From Octopus vulgaris (Eukaryota), in assembly GCA_951406725.2 (NCBI GenBank), contig OX597825.1, positions 78,554,001 through 78,618,000 of the forward strand: DNA of 64,000 bases, given 5' to 3'. The position numbers and the translations under genes were made by a program. This document shows positions 1 to 14,963 of this stretch, in pieces. The first letter of the stretch is position 1; each line of letters starts with the position of its first letter. The notes below the pieces were generated by a model. The model ran no database searches, was not told the origin of the DNA, and was given only the letters and a program-made list of their open reading frames with translations.

Positions 1-327
1 ATGTATGTATGTGTGTGTGTGTATTTGTATGTGTGTATGTGTGTGTATTTGTATTATTCATCTGTATTTGCATGTATGTATGTAATGTATGTATATATGT
101 GTGTGTATTTGTATGTATGTGTGTGTGTATTTGTAAGTGTGTGAATTTGTATGTATGTATGTATGTGTGTGTATTTGTATGCATGTGTACTCGTATGTAT
201 GTATTATGTGTGTGTAATTGTATACATGTATGTATGTGTATTTGTATGCATGTATGCATATATGGGTACTTGTATGTATGTGTGTGTGTATTTGTATGTG
301 TGTGTGTGTGTTTGTATGTATGTACAT
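1..327. repeat. Degenerate (TG)n/(TATG)n compound microsatellite
   Basis: Almost only TG, TATG and TTTG units; the overlapping ORFs are low-complexity artefacts. Confidence 0.95.
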
Positions 328-419
328 AAAAAATCGTAGGATCTAGTAAAAAGGACGCTAAAAGACTGCATTTCTAAGGAAAATGTATTTCTGCTTTGTA
401 TATCATATTTATTTATTGT

Positions 420-682
420 TGTCATTGTTGCTGTTGTTGTTGTTATTGACGACAAGAACGACGATGGCGGCGGCCACGGCTTCGACGGCGACGATGATGA
501 CTAAGATGGTGACGACGACGACGACAACGACGACAATGATGACGTCAATGATGATGATGATGACAATGCCGATGATGACGACCACGAGGATGATGATGAT
601 GATGATGTTGACGACGACTTAACGACGATGATAATGGTGATGATGATGACGACGACGTGTACGACGACGGTGATGATGATGT
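420..682. repeat. Compound (GTT)/(GAC)/(GAT) trinucleotide repeat
   Basis: Runs of gttgtt, gacgac and gatgat. Confidence 0.9.
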
Positions 683-1332
683 TCTTACTGGTGTTGCTAG
701 AGGTAGTGGTAAGGGAGTTGTAAGAATAATAGACGAGTCGGGGGTTTCGAGGTAGCTGTTTAAACCAAAATGGCGAATCAGCGATACATTACTTATGATA
801 ATATTTAAGTGTTGGCTATGTTCCCTGTAGTAAGCCGATTCCAGTTGTACAGTATCCTACCGGCGAGGGATCGATACAAGCTGGGTCGAAACGATCGTTG
901 TGACCAATAAGATTTCCCGTGTATTTCATTTTCCGTTTTTGTCATTTGTTATATGCATATAGTAATGATTACATTTCTATTGTCCATTTGTGTCCTAATG
1001 CGTTTGTAAGAACATGACATTCACACACACGTACACTCATACGCACGCACAGACATACAAATACACATTTGTTCAAATACGTATGTGTGTCTGTGTGTGT
1101 AACAGGAGTAGAGATTTAAAAATTCAAGCAGAATTCACGGTAAGCTCTCCGTCGAGTGTCTGACTATTAAAAAGATATTTAGTTGAGTTTTGGGTATGAA
1201 ATTAACCTTACCGTCCTTCCGAATAAGCGGGGATCACATCGGTGAAATGTATAACAAAATAAGTGATAGATAATATATTTATTCCATATGAAATAAATAT
1301 TTCGCCTCACACTTTTCCTGAATTTGATTAAT

Positions 1333-1371
<39 letters not shown>

Positions 1372-1933
1372 TATGTATATATGATGATTGTGCTAGGACA
1401 CAGACTAGCACAACGGATATCCCCATCGTGGTCATCCCTCTTATATATATGTAATATAAGTATACGTAGGTATGTATTATGTAAACGTACGTGCAATAGA
1501 TATGCACAGTTTCCCTTTGTCAAATACTATTTTGAAAGTATCGGTCAACCGAGAGTTAAGGTTAATTACCCTTAACAAAGTATCTCGCAATGAGATCAAA
1601 TTCGAACACGAACCCGTACCATCCTATCTAAGCAAACTTAATTAAACCAGACGGAGAAGAACTACAAATGCGACTCATTTGGGAGGGAAAGAATGGCTTC
1701 AACCGAAGATTGAAATCACGTTGTTATACTTTTGAAAGTCTCTTTTTCTTCTATGTGACTACTCGAGTGCAATGTGGCCGTGTTTATTGTAATTTTCTGG
1801 TCAAACTATTTTCCATTAAAATCTTCAACAAAAACATCACTTGAAGATACATAAGTTCTTGATGCGATTGTTATTTGGGAATTTCGTTGACAAATTATAT
1901 ATAGACGTCACGTTTGTGTACATTTGTGCCTGC

Positions 1934-1984
<51 letters not shown>

Positions 1985-2011
1985 AAGGACGTATATATTT
2001 GTATATATATC

Positions 2012-2044
<33 letters not shown>

Positions 2045-2128
2045 GTATATATGTATATATGTATATATATACGTTTATGTTTATAAATGGAAGGACACTA
2101 TGTATGTGGGTGTATGTAACTACGAACG

Positions 2129-2172
<44 letters not shown>

Positions 2173-2431
2173 CATACATATACATATAATACAATATACA
2201 GAGATATAGGTATATGCATATAGTGTATGTGTATATAAATAATATATATGGACACACACAAACACACACACAATATAATTCATGTATATACATGCACATA
2301 CAAAGACATACGTACACACACACACACACACACACACATGGCCATGTTTATGTATGTGTTGTTATTTCAATTAATTTATCAGAGAAGCAGACTAAATCCA
2401 GCTAATAGCATAACTGTACTAATGATAGAAG

Positions 2432-2432
2432 C

Positions 2433-2491
<59 letters not shown>

Positions 2492-2575
2492 CTAGCAGCA
2501 ACAACATTGCTATCATCATCATCATCATCTTCATCATCATCATCAACGCCACCATCGTCATCGTCGTCATCATCA

Positions 2576-2616
<41 letters not shown>

Positions 2617-2623
2617 TTTATTG

Positions 2624-2709
<86 letters not shown>

Positions 2710-2716
2710 TTTATTG

Positions 2717-2811
<95 letters not shown>

Positions 2812-2812
2812 G
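2432..2812. repeat. Compound (TAG)n/(ATC)n/(ATT)n microsatellite with a higher-order duplication
   Basis: The block (atc)n(att)n followed by ttttattgtc recurs at about 2615 and 2710. Confidence 0.95.
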
Positions 2813-3159
2813 GAACTACCGGCGCCGTTAATAGCACATTTGTTTCAATCTGTTGTTGTCCTTGGATTTCGATACCGTTTCCTTCCTTGCAGCCAATATT
2901 TTGGTCAGAAGATATCAAGATGTCTATTAGAGTAGAAAATGGTTTCTCTCTATATAACATTCGTTAAAGAACCGTTCATAAGAATATCGAAAGTTTTTAT
3001 TTAATATCTTTATCCGTTTATAGAAATGTGTAAAAGTCTTGGGGAATCTAAAACTGTTCTTCAAAGAAGATTTCTTTGTGATTTTATTTGTAAAATGCTC
3101 GGAAATTTAAAGTTTCTGTGGTTTTCTTTTCTTTTTCTTTCTTTTCTTTTTTTTTTGTC

Positions 3160-3365
3160 ATTTATTTGTTTTAGTTATTATACTGCAGCCCAGCTGGAGC
3201 ACCGTCTTCTAGAATTTTTAGCCGAACGAGTCGACCCTAATATTTGGATATCTTTTCTTTTTTAAGCGTGGTTCCTATTCTACCGGTCTTTTTTGCAGAA
3301 CCACCATGTTACGGGGTCATAAACATACTGATGCTGGTTGTCAAGCGGTGATGGGAGACAAGCAG
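3160..3365 (-). mobile_element. SINE family A/B, 3' (B) module, degenerate
   Basis: Reverse complement resembles the B module of the full copy at 59838-60237 (ggtgctccagc tail, cttgacaacc). Confidence 0.7.
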
Positions 3366-3628
3366 ATACACACACACACACACATACATATACATATATA
3401 TGCACACACAAACGCGCACACACACATATATATATATTTTAACCAAAGATTCGATGTAAGATTTTTTCCTCGACTTTTATAATTTTATATATATATATAT
3501 TTTTTTTTTTTAGCTCATTTTTGTTTATCGCTCGAAATTGACCGTTATTTGAAAGGACCAATGAAACAAGTCCATTTTTAAAGCTGTAGCGTTTATACTA
3601 GTCTTGATAGAATTGACATATCGGTTTT

Positions 3629-3689
3629 ATTCTAGCAAAAACTGTCCGACGAACGGGAACGTGAAACAGAGTAACAGGTTTTGTTGAAT
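3629..3689 (+). ncRNA. Type I hammerhead ribozyme motif (U4C core, minimal helix III) in a (TA)n-embedded element
   Basis: ctgt-CCGACGA-acg[ggaa]cgt-GAAA-c[aga]g-TA-acag; helix I extends through agcaaaa/ttttgtt. A near-identical copy lies at 35031-35093. Confidence 0.7.
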
Positions 3690-3723
3690 TTTCTGCTGCT
3701 TTTGAATAAAGTATATATATATA

Positions 3724-3780
<57 letters not shown>

Positions 3781-3857
3781 TAAGGGTAGGAAATTTAGAG
3801 AAATTTTCTACCGGTGGCCGGCATGCGTAGTAAGACAATGGACAACATAATTTTTCA

Positions 3858-4164
3858 TATAAAATAGATTACGTATTTATACATAAAAGAGATGACCTTT
3901 AACAGGACACCTTACCTGCTAGAAAGGGCTATTAAAGCCCAAAGCACGAATAAGAGTAGTTTTAAAGGAAATGAAAAATAAAAATATTTCTATTGAAATA
4001 TTTTTTATTTTCTATAGAATTATTTTCTATAGAAATATTTTTATTTTTCATTTCGTTTAAATTTAATCTTATTCGTGGTTTGGGCTTTAACTGCTCTCTC
4101 TCGCAGGTAAGAAGTCCTGTTAAAGGTAATCTCTTTTGTGTATAAATACCTACACTATTTTATA
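3858..4164. repeat. Imperfect fold-back palindrome of about 300 bp next to (TA)n
   Basis: Left arm gtatttatacataaaagagatgacctttaacaggac...ttaaagcccaaagcacgaataaga mirrors right arm tcttattcgtggtttgggctttaa...gtcctgttaaaggtaatctcttttgtgtataaatac. Confidence 0.9.
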
Positions 4165-4171
4165 CATACAT

Positions 4172-4522
<351 letters not shown>

Positions 4523-4739
4523 TAAAAGCATATGAACAGTAACAAAAGTTTGTTGTATGTATCATTAGTTGAGATAAAAAAAAGCAATCAACTTTAATCC
4601 TATGTGTATTTGTGCGTGTGTGTGTGTGTATGACTGCGCGCGCATAAAAAGTGTATACATGCTTCAAATGCATTATTACCTTTCATAAATGTGTGCAAAT
4701 GCATTTTACATGTATTAAGTACATTGTTGTCTTTAATAC

Positions 4740-4787
<48 letters not shown>

Positions 4788-5058
4788 ACGAATGTGCATG
4801 CGTGGATGCACGTATAAAGACCTAACAATCTTATATATATATACATGCATGTATATAGAGATACACTAATATATATATAAATGCACTAATTTATATATAT
4901 ATATACGTATATAAATTCATATATATATTGATGTTATACATACATACATATATGCATATATATGTACATACACACATGTATAATGAGTGTGCATGCGTGG
5001 ATGCACGTATAAACATCTAACAATATTACATATATACACGTATGTATATAGATATACA

Positions 5059-5116
<58 letters not shown>

Positions 5117-5763
5117 AATTTTTATATATGTATATAAATACATTTATATATATATATATATATATATATTCGTGTTATACACACACGCATATATATATTC
5201 ATATATGTGTATATAAACACATACATGCATTACATTATGCATGGGTGCATACTTCATACTTACATAGACACATACACACATGTATACATACATACATACA
5301 TACATACATACATACATACATACATACATACATACATACATACATGCATAGAGGCCAGCTTGCACCAATAAATACAATAGCTATGTCATTTGTTCGAAAA
5401 AGCTGACGCAAGAAAACCCAAAGCTGTAAGTACAAGCTCTCCATAATTGTAACACTAATGATGGTTTGTGCTATTGTTGTTATTATTATTGTTGTTGTTG
5501 TTGTGTTCCTGATTTATCATTTCGAGTTGCCTTTATTTATCTACTTTTTTCACTGTTTATTTCCCAAGATTTCCCATGCATGTTGCATTATTTTGTGGAT
5601 GTTTCGTTTTAAGGTGTTTCGGCAAAGAGCCTTAATTGGTGTCTTCCAAGATAGAAAAAGTAAAACAAAACGACCGTGGCAGATATCTACAAGAAAATTG
5701 TTATGCATGTGGTCTTACAGTCTTCATACAAATACATATGCGTTTATATATATATATACATAC

Positions 5764-5837
<74 letters not shown>

Positions 5838-5914
5838 GCATATGTATATATTATTTACATACGTGTATGTATATAAGAAAATAAACATATTTTTATACAT
5901 ATATATATATATAA

Positions 5915-5965
<51 letters not shown>

Positions 5966-6146
5966 CTCTTATATATACACATATAAATATGCATGTACAT
6001 ATGATCATATCTATTATTGCATATATATATGTATATATATGTACTACATATACAATATATACATGTATATACATGTATATATATATTACACACATATATA
6101 TATGTATGTATATATGTGTATATATATGTATGTACATATATGTGTG

Positions 6147-6232
<86 letters not shown>

Positions 6233-7028
6233 ACTATACACTCACACACACATATATATATATAATAGTGTGAAACACTTAATCAAACCCCAATGACGCA
6301 TTTTTTTTACCCAACTCTTAAACGTCATACTAATACACCTCAGCCCAAATTTAGTGTGTCGTTAGAACACGCGTTCAACTATAAATCTAATGATTAAAAA
6401 ATGCAATTCAATATCAGCTGTATGGTAATTAACCTGCTCAAAAGTGTAGAAAAATAAAGCACTCCATAACTTTACTCAGTTTGTTGTATTTCGAGGTAGC
6501 CAATTTATTTATTTATTTATTTATTTATGTTGTCAAATAATCACACGCACTATATATATTTTTCTTCACTCGTTAATTACTGTTCTTATTTTACTTTTTT
6601 TAACTCATATCCATTGTCCGGAAATCTTTCGTCACACATCTGTGACCTCTGCAGCGACACTTTTCGTTTTTGTGTGTGTCCTTGCTCCACTTACTCCATT
6701 CCCATATTATAGAATATCATCCTTGAATTTAGAATTAGGTAAAAACTTTCCCCTTTGCAAGCGAGACTGATCTTTCCCTTCTTTCCTTTCTTTTTCTTTT
6801 TCTTTTTTTTTTTGTTGTTCCGTGTTGAAATCTACGAAAGACTATCATATCAGAGGTTTTGGTAATATTCTTTGTGCTTTTTTTGCTTTGCTTTTTTCTC
6901 CCCCTATTTATTCCCCGCTGCTTATTCCTCGTTCAAACTGTTTTTATATTTCTGTAGGAAGTGACATTAGGAGTTGTACTTCATGTCCTTTCCTTCTGTG
7001 CAACGTTGCCGATTCTGAGAGAGATGGA

Positions 7029-7086
<58 letters not shown>

Positions 7087-7189
7087 AGATCCACCCCAGT
7101 ATTCAACTGGTATTATATTTATCGAACCTGAAAGAATTGTTGGCACATAGAACAAGATGTTTAGTGGCATGTCTTCCGGTTTTACTTTC

Positions 7190-7995
7190 TGAGTTAAAAT
7201 TCCGCCGAGGTCGAATTGCCTTTCATTCTTGAGGGCCGATAACAGCACTAGTTCAGCACTGTAGTGACGTAAGCGACCTCCTCACCCCTCAAAAATTACT
7301 GATCTTGAGTAAAAATTAGAAAGAATTATACTTATCGAACTTCGAAAATTGCTCTTGGTTGGATTCGAACTCATAGAGCAGAGAATTAATACATTATGGC
7401 ATTCAATCCGACACTCCAACGACTCCGAAAGTTCGCCTTATGTAAGATCCGTATTAGCGTAATCTGTCACTAGCCCGGAAATTTCATGGAATGGGGTATG
7501 CTTTAATTAGGTCATTAGGTAGATCACCATTTTTAAGGAGGGGATTAGTCGATTTCTCCGAACCCAGTGATTAACTAGTATCTTATTTTATCGGAGCGGA
7601 AAAAGTGAAAGGGGTAACTGGGACTTATTCCACCGACTTCGAAAGGATGAAACGCAAAGTCGACATCGGCAGAATTTGAACTCAGAACGTAGCGGCAGAT
7701 GAAATATCGCTAAACATTTCATCCGGCGTGCTAACGATTCTGCCAGCTCGCCGACTTAATAATGATAATAATGGTTTCAAATTTTGTCACAAGGGCAGCA
7801 ATTTTGGCGGAGTGGGTGAGTCGATTATTACAGTCGGTTGCATCAATTTCAGTAGTTGACTGATACTTTATTTAATCAACTCCATGAAGATAAAAGGCAA
7901 AGACGACTTCAGCAGAATTTGAACTCAGAGTGTAAAGAGCTGGATGAAGCATTGTATCCGATGAGCTAACGATTCTGCCATCTCGTCGCCTTAAC
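7190..7995. mobile_element. Cluster of about five SINE family C copies or fragments in both orientations
   Basis: Repeated motifs gagttcaaattc.gccga.gtcgactttgc.tttcatcc and ggcagaatcgttagc; best copies at 7620-7757 (-) and 7770-7993 (-). Confidence 0.8.
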
Positions 7996-8493
7996 GATAA
8001 TAATGACGATAAGCAAGAGTTCAATAAGTTTAATTAACATGAGGAAAAGCTGACGTTTCGGACTTATACACTTCGTCACAATCTGAGGAGACGAGACTAA
8101 GAGAAAATAAGTTAGTATTTGAGCAAACTTACGATGATAATTATTCCATCCGTGACTATATCATCACCATTCATCTAGGAATAGACATAGTCTAGGGAGT
8201 ATGATTGGAGGGATCTTTGGTTGCTATTCTTAGCAAACCTTGGGACCGCACATAGGTTTCCCTACTGGTATTGACTGCGCTACCTATACTCGAATTTATA
8301 TCTTCTTTTTCAACGTAAGCTTCTCTTTTTGTCGGAAATGACATTTCTTAAAACACACATTGATAGAGCCATCCGCAAAATCAACCTTTTCAGAGACGTC
8401 AGAATACATCCCCACCATCATGAAAAAAAAATGTATTAAATGTGTTATCCAATTTAAATTTTTGCAACTTTTTGCATTATTTTTTTGTTTCAC

Positions 8494-8553
<60 letters not shown>

Positions 8554-8922
8554 ATGCTTGTTCTTGATTTGAACTTTTACATCCAATTCCGCAGTATTAA
8601 ATTACAAGGGAAAATTTTGTCATATAAGCTAGTTTCTCGTGTTGAAATTATAAATTATAACCGTGTCTCGAAATCTTTCTCAAAGGAAATTTGATAATGT
8701 TTCAACATTTCGTGTTTCCTCTCTCTTTTACTTTCTCTCATTCTCTTTCTCTCTTTCTCTTTCTCTCTTTCTCTTTCTGTCTGTCTGTCTGTCTGTCTGT
8801 CTGCCTCTCTTTCTTTCTCTCTTTCTCTCTCGCTCCCTTTCGTATTATATATGCATATAGATATACAGATAGATAGATAGATAGATTGAGAGACAGACAA
8901 ACAGACAGACAGATAGACAGAC

Positions 8923-8975
<53 letters not shown>

Positions 8976-9912
8976 CACTGAAAACAAAAGAAAGAAAGAA
9001 AGAAATAAAGAAAGCAGGAAAGAAAGAAATGTCTGACCGGTAGGCGTACAGAGACATTGGTATATGCGTATGTATATGCATGTGCATGTAACTATGTATA
9101 TATCTGTGCCTGACTTTCTGTATTCTATACGCACAAACACACAAATGTATATTCAGCCGTATATTTTCTCGAGTAAACTAATTTGAAATGAAAAAACTGT
9201 AAAAATATTACATTTATTTATAGTTATAAATAAATTAGCCTGCATTGAAATTAATTTAAAAACAAATGAACATTGCATATATGCGTGTATATGGATGCAT
9301 GTGTATATGCTTGTATGTGTATGTGTGTTTATGTATGCACGTACGTATGTATGTATGTGTGTGTGTGTATTTATATGTGTGTGAGTATGTATATACGCCA
9401 AGATCGAACGGGAAGAATGAGTTCTCAACACTGCATTGGTGGACAAATATTCTTTATTTGTGAGTTAGCAAGGCTACCAACAGTTTCATGCAGAGAAGAA
9501 TCTCTACACAATTATCAAGCCTGCCTCTATGGGACGTTGGTACTCGTTTCCATTTCGGATGAGAATGCAAGAGGATACACGATACTGTACGAGATTTGGA
9601 GATAAATAAGTAAATAAGCAGGACATGAGAGGTAACTTATAAGGAAATCTTAATTGTTGTCTCTGCTGTATCACCCTTGGGATTTTTGCAAGGAACTGCG
9701 TTCGCCATTGTTTGATTAGCTGCTTAAATCATTTTCTATAAGAACGCTAAACCATTCCAAATTTGTAAACATTTATATAGATGTATGTACACATGCACAT
9801 ACATACATAATATGTGCACACACAATCAGGCACACACATACACATACATATATACATACATACATACATACATACATACATACATACATACATACATACA
9901 TACATACATACA

Positions 9913-10126
9913 TGGCAGAATCGTTAGCACGCCGGACGAAATGCTTAGAGGTATTTCGTCTGCCGCTACGTTCTCAGTTCAAATTCCGCCGAGGTCGACT
10001 TTGCCTTTCATCCTTTCGGGGGTCGATAAATTAAGTAGCAGTTGCGTACTGGGGCCGATGTAACTGACTACACCCCTCCCCCCCCCCCCCGATTTCAGGC
10101 CTTGTGCCTATAGTAGAAAGGATTAT
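9913..10126 (+). mobile_element. SINE family C (tRNA-like head plus Meta-like central domain)
   Basis: tggcagaatcgttagcacgccgg (A-box-like), agttcaaattcc (B-box-like), then ggtcgactttgcctttcatcctttcgggggtcgataaattaagta. Confidence 0.85.
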
Positions 10127-10127
10127 T

Positions 10128-10365
10128 CAGTTCTATTTCAAGATTTCTTGCAAATAGAGAAAGAGCCGGTTTCTAACCTAAATCCAAGGTTCCTTCATTG
10201 GAATTTCAACATCAACAACAGGGTATTTTTGTATGTGTGAATGTATGTATGTGTGCAGATTTGTATGTTTTATGTATGTATTCTCATGCACATACTTGCG
10301 TATCTAGACATGCTCATATATACTTAAATGATAAACTTCTGGAAAGTTTTACAGATTTTTACAGT
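10128..10365 (-). mobile_element. 3' end and UTR of an REL-type (R4-like) LINE, same family as 30540-31005
   Basis: tctagacatgctcatatatacttaaatgataaacttctggaaagttttacagatttttacagt is nearly identical to 30582-30645, which encodes ...TVKICKTFQ.FII-stop. Confidence 0.75.
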
Positions 10366-10830
10366 ATGCATGTATGTATCTATCTATGTATGTATCTATG
10401 TATGTATTGTGAGTGTGTGTATATGTGTATGTGTGTATATATATGTATGTGTGTATGTATGTATGTATGTATAAACAACAAAGACGAACAAGGATGTATT
10501 AAATAACAAGTAAGATTTATTGTTGGTGCATTGAATTTTGAATTTTTCTTCGCTTCCAAAGTGCGTTGGCCAGTCCCTTGTGGCAGCTGGGAGCAAATCC
10601 AAATAAGAGAAAATAACCACATGAAGAAATTTTGCAAATTTGACATGTCATTAAGGAAAAGTCGTTATGATTATCTAATCACTACATGCATGCATGTGTG
10701 TATGTATGTATGTATGTATGTATGTATGTATGTATGTATGTATGTATGCATACATGTATGTATGTGTATGTATGTATGTACGTATGCATGCGTGTGTGAG
10801 CTTGTATATATATATATGTACACATATATG

Positions 10831-10874
<44 letters not shown>

Positions 10875-10984
10875 TATGAACATATATATGTATGAACGTG
10901 GACCCATGTTGTTGGGAAGCAAGCTTCTTAGACAGTCACTCCTGGTCATAATCATGTGTGTGTGTATGTGTGTACACTTATATA

Positions 10985-11972
10985 TAAGTGGTCTGATCGA
11001 TAACTATCCGGACTGTTTGCATGGTAACGAAGCTAAAGCACGTGGAGACCCACAACCAGCAGAACTGAGAAATATATTGCAGATGTGCAGATGTGAGGGA
11101 AAATCGTCGAATCACCATCCGTGAGTCATCAGGGAATGTGCAGATTAGTTAGTTACTGTTCAGTTCAATCTTATTATCACTGAAGTTTTGGGTATGAAAC
11201 GCGTGTCTGCCATGTTTGTGCCAAAGCTGCTTTCAGCTGACCAAGAAGACACTCGGGTTTCAGTTGTACAAGATCTCCTTGATTATGTTGAAAACGATGA
11301 AAACATTTTGAAAACAGTCATAACGGATGATGACTCGTGGGTCTATGGTTATGATCCCGAAACAAAGGCTCAGTCTTCGAAGTGGAAGACCCCTTACCTC
11401 TCCGGAACCGAAGAAAGCACGAATGAGTAGAAGCAACGTGAACTGTTGACCATTATTTTCTTCGACTACAAGGGGATTGTTCATCATGAGTCTGCTCCAT
11501 CTGATCAGACAGTAAACAAGGTGTACTACCGTGAGGTCTTGCGGCGTTTGAGGGATTCTGTCCGTCGGAAAAGACCACATCTGCATTGATTCAGTGAGTG
11601 GCAATTACACAATAGCAACGTACATGCCCATCCAGCGCATCTTGTGCAGCAGTTCTTGGCTAGGTACAGCATTCCCCGGGTTTGTCAGCCACCGTATTCC
11701 CCAGATCTCGTCCCTTGCGACTTTTTCCTCTTCGCAAAAATCAAATACTGCTCGAAAAGAAGAAAATTTCAAGACGTCGAGGAAATCAAAGTGAATGAGA
11801 CGAGGCAGATATTGGTTATCGCAGAAAAACGAGTTCCAGGAATGGAAACAGTGCAGCATTAAGTGTGTGGCTTTCGAAGTGGACCACTTTGAAAGAGGTT
11901 AAATGCCAAACTGGTACGTGTCGTAGTTCTGTTTTTATAGCAACAGTCCGGATATATATTAATCACACCTCC

Positions 11973-11974
<2 letters not shown>
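10985..11974 (+). mobile_element. Degenerate mariner transposon with TIRs and a disrupted transposase
   Basis: Transposase motifs MKRVSAMFVPKLL, ITDDDSWVYGYDPETKAQSSKWK and PPYSPDLVPCDFFLF in broken frames; imperfect TIRs ggtctgatcgataactatccggactgtt and aacagtccggatatatattaatcacacc. Confidence 0.92.
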
Positions 11975-12016
<42 letters not shown>

Positions 12017-12019
<3 letters not shown>

Positions 12020-12047
12020 CGGAGTAAACACATAACTGTGAAACAAG

Positions 12048-12050
<3 letters not shown>
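12017..12050 (-). mobile_element. Terminal fragment of the hammerhead-bearing element of 35024-35186, inside (TA)n
   Basis: accggagtaaacacataactgtgaaacaaggtg is the reverse complement of 35154-35186 apart from one mismatch. Confidence 0.75.
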
Positions 12051-12087
<37 letters not shown>

Positions 12088-12990
12088 AATACATACATAC
12101 ATGTGTATCTGCATGTGCGGAAATAGATATAGATGTGTGTGTGTACACACACACACGCATTTAGATAAGTGTGTATGTATGCATACACACACACATACAT
12201 ACACGTACACGCTGTTATGAATGGAACTTTTTAAACGGATACGAAACTAATATGCAGCATGTGTGTGTATGTCTGTGTGTCTGTGTATCTGTGTGTGTGT
12301 GTGTGTGTGTGAGTCTGTGTTTGTGTGCGCGTGCGTGTGTGTATTCTCTGGAATTCAATTCCATGCTTGAACATTCTAAGAAATCACTTACTCAGTAGAA
12401 ATCCATTTTTCCAAACTGTATATTGAAGTTCCTTCGACAACGCCATACATACGTACATACGTCAAGTATCACGTGCGCCAGTTAAATGTTAATCGCTCTA
12501 ATTTTTTGGCGGCAGGCGTTTGATTTCTTTCATAATCTAATTCACACTTACAGAAAGGAAATATGTTTTTTACCCGTCATTTCCGTTACACATCGTTAAA
12601 AAAAAAAGCCTCCGTTACACACGGGTGAATATATAAACAGTTGTAAACTCGGTAATTCAACGCTTCTAATCTTTCAGCTGATGAGGATTGGTCGAGGGAT
12701 CGCCATACAGCTACATATTCGATGCGTCGTTTCTAAAAACAACATTCTATCAGGAATTAAAGAGCATGGCGGATGCATGTGTGTGTGTTTAGCAATAGTA
12801 GATGCATTTGTGTGTGTGTGTGTGTGTGTGTGTGTTTAGATTTGGGTTTGGGCTTAAATATGGTGGATACATTTGTGTACGTGTTTAGATGGGTTGGCTG
12901 GGTGTGTAAATTTAAAAATGCTGGAGTAGTTGTTTAATTGGTATTAGCTTGCAGGCTATATGCATGTGTGTGTATATGCGTGCATACTTT

Positions 12991-13066
<76 letters not shown>

Positions 13067-13225
13067 TTTATATATATATATATGTATATGTATATAACTA
13101 TATGTATATATGTACGTATATATATGTGTGTGTATCAAAGGATATATAAATGTGTGCATGTGTTCTTGTGACTACATGCATAGATAATAGATAAATACAT
13201 ATATAAACTTGAATGAGTGTTTTCA

Positions 13226-13256
<31 letters not shown>

Positions 13257-13261
13257 AACAT

Positions 13262-13305
13262 ACAGTAATCCCTCGCCATATCGCAGTTCCCCTATTGCGG
13301 TTTAT
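13262..13305 (+). mobile_element. Possible pogo/Tigger-type TIR fragment
   Basis: TA followed by CAGTAATCCCTCGCCATATCGC resembles TcMar-Tigger termini; no partner end was seen. Confidence 0.35.
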
Positions 13306-13319
13306 TATTTATATCATCC

Positions 13320-13714
13320 CTCACTATGTGATAAACATGATCAATGTTTTTCTCAGTGGTAGCAGTTGCAGGACGTCCAGATCTTGGACCATATTCAAGA
13401 CTCTCACTTTCCCTCTTAAATTCAGCTGCCCACCTCTGCACTGTTGATAAAACTGGAACGTCTCCCCTAATGTAGCAACCATGTCAGCACGAATGTCATT
13501 GGGGGCCAAACCCTTTTCCTGCAGCTACTTGATAACACCACGGTGACAAATTTAGTCCATTTTGAACAGCCAGATTTTTAGTTTACTGGAAAGAAATAAC
13601 GCAGTCATAAATAAGACGCCTCAAAGCTGAAACATATAAAAGAATTTTAAAAATTCGCAGCTCTAGCATCACTCCTTCATAATTAGCCAATGAATTTTTC
13701 ATTCTACCCTCGTA
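13320..13714 (-). mobile_element. Mariner 5' fragment (TIR plus transposase N-terminal HTH region)
   Basis: The minus strand begins TACGAGGG and encodes HRGVIK..EKGLAPNDIRADMVATLG, then WAAEFKR and PRSGRPATATTE with stops and frameshifts. Confidence 0.85.
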
Positions 13715-13780
13715 GGATAACTTTAGAGTTAGGTGATATCATTGGGACAAATTCGTGAGGTAATAATAACACTGGGAAAA

Positions 13781-14238
13781 CCAGAAGCTGGCTACCCGCA
13801 TGATTCATGGTCTCAAAAGTTTGTCCTATGAAGAAAGGCTGAGGACGCTCGACCTTTATTCTCTAGAAAAACGCCGCCGCCGTGGTGATCTCATTCTCGC
13901 CCACAGCATCATAAGCGGAACGTGTAACCTCTCGAAAGAGCTGTTCTTCACTCCTACTCCAGAGCGTCGGCTGCGGGGTCATTCCGAAAAGCTCTACCTG
14001 CGACGATTTCATCTCAATCGAAGGAGAGGAGCTTTCTCCGTCCGGGTTGCGGATCCGTGGAACAAGCTGCCAGACGAGATGGTGAAGATGCCGACGACCG
14101 CTTTGTTCAAAGCCTCCCTTGACCTCAAGTGGCCTGAACTTTTTACATGAACACCACCCTGTACTTAACTCCATGTCCCCCTACATGGCCTTGCTATTTG
14201 CTTTTGAGCCAAATTAACTAACTAACTAACTAACTAAC
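13781..14238 (+). mobile_element. 5'-truncated CR1-clade LINE (ORF2 C-terminus, 3' UTR and (TAAC)n tail)
   Basis: ORF 13800-14150 carries SYEERLRTLDLYSLEKRRRRGDLI, LRGHSEKL, FSVRVADPWNKLP and FKASLD, typical of the CR1 C-terminus; the element ends in taac repeats. Confidence 0.92.
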
Positions 14239-14870
14239 ATTGTGGAGTGAGGGTAACATTGGAATAACTTTATCTTTCGGCCAAATTTATGGAGTAATAA
14301 TAACAGTGACACTATTATGGATCCAGGATAATGTTGGGATAACATTATAATGTGGGAACATCATTGGCACAGGCTTTAGGGGAAACATCAGGATTTCGCT
14401 GGTATTTTATTTATCAAACTCAAAAGGACGAAAGGTAAAGTACCGCCTCTGTGCGATTAAAGCTTAGGTCACCGGAAAACGTTTTAATTAGCTTCCCATC
14501 TATTCTACTCCCGGCATCTTCCGAAGACGAGGTAAGGTGTATTCATAAAATAATAAATAAATATTGATTTTTTTGTTTGTTTATTTGTTTGTTCCTTCAT
14601 TTTATCACTTCTCTCATTTGATGCTGAATATGCGTAAAAAAAAAGGTAAGTTATAGAAATGTCTAAATTACTCAGCGAAAATTTCCAACATGAAATAAAT
14701 ATATTACAGCAGAACAAAGTTAGTTCAGTTGATATAAAATTAGGAACGCCAAGCTATAAACTATAAACCGAAAAGAAAAGCAAAACTTGCAGCAAAATTA
14801 AATTCTTTCAACGTTTTTTCTTTCTTTGAAATTTTATTTGCTTTTAACGAAAATATAAATTATTCCTTTA

Positions 14871-14963
<93 letters not shown>
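14871..14963. repeat. (ATT)n microsatellite
   Basis: About 30 perfect units. Confidence 0.95.

Noticed and set aside
12676-12740. CTGATGAG as a hammerhead core
   Set aside because: No correctly spaced GAAA, UH site or helix I partner.
13715-14400. CRISPR-like spaced repeats around the CR1 insertion
   Set aside because: It is a degenerate minisatellite with no constant repeat and unique spacer pattern, in a eukaryotic context with no cas genes.
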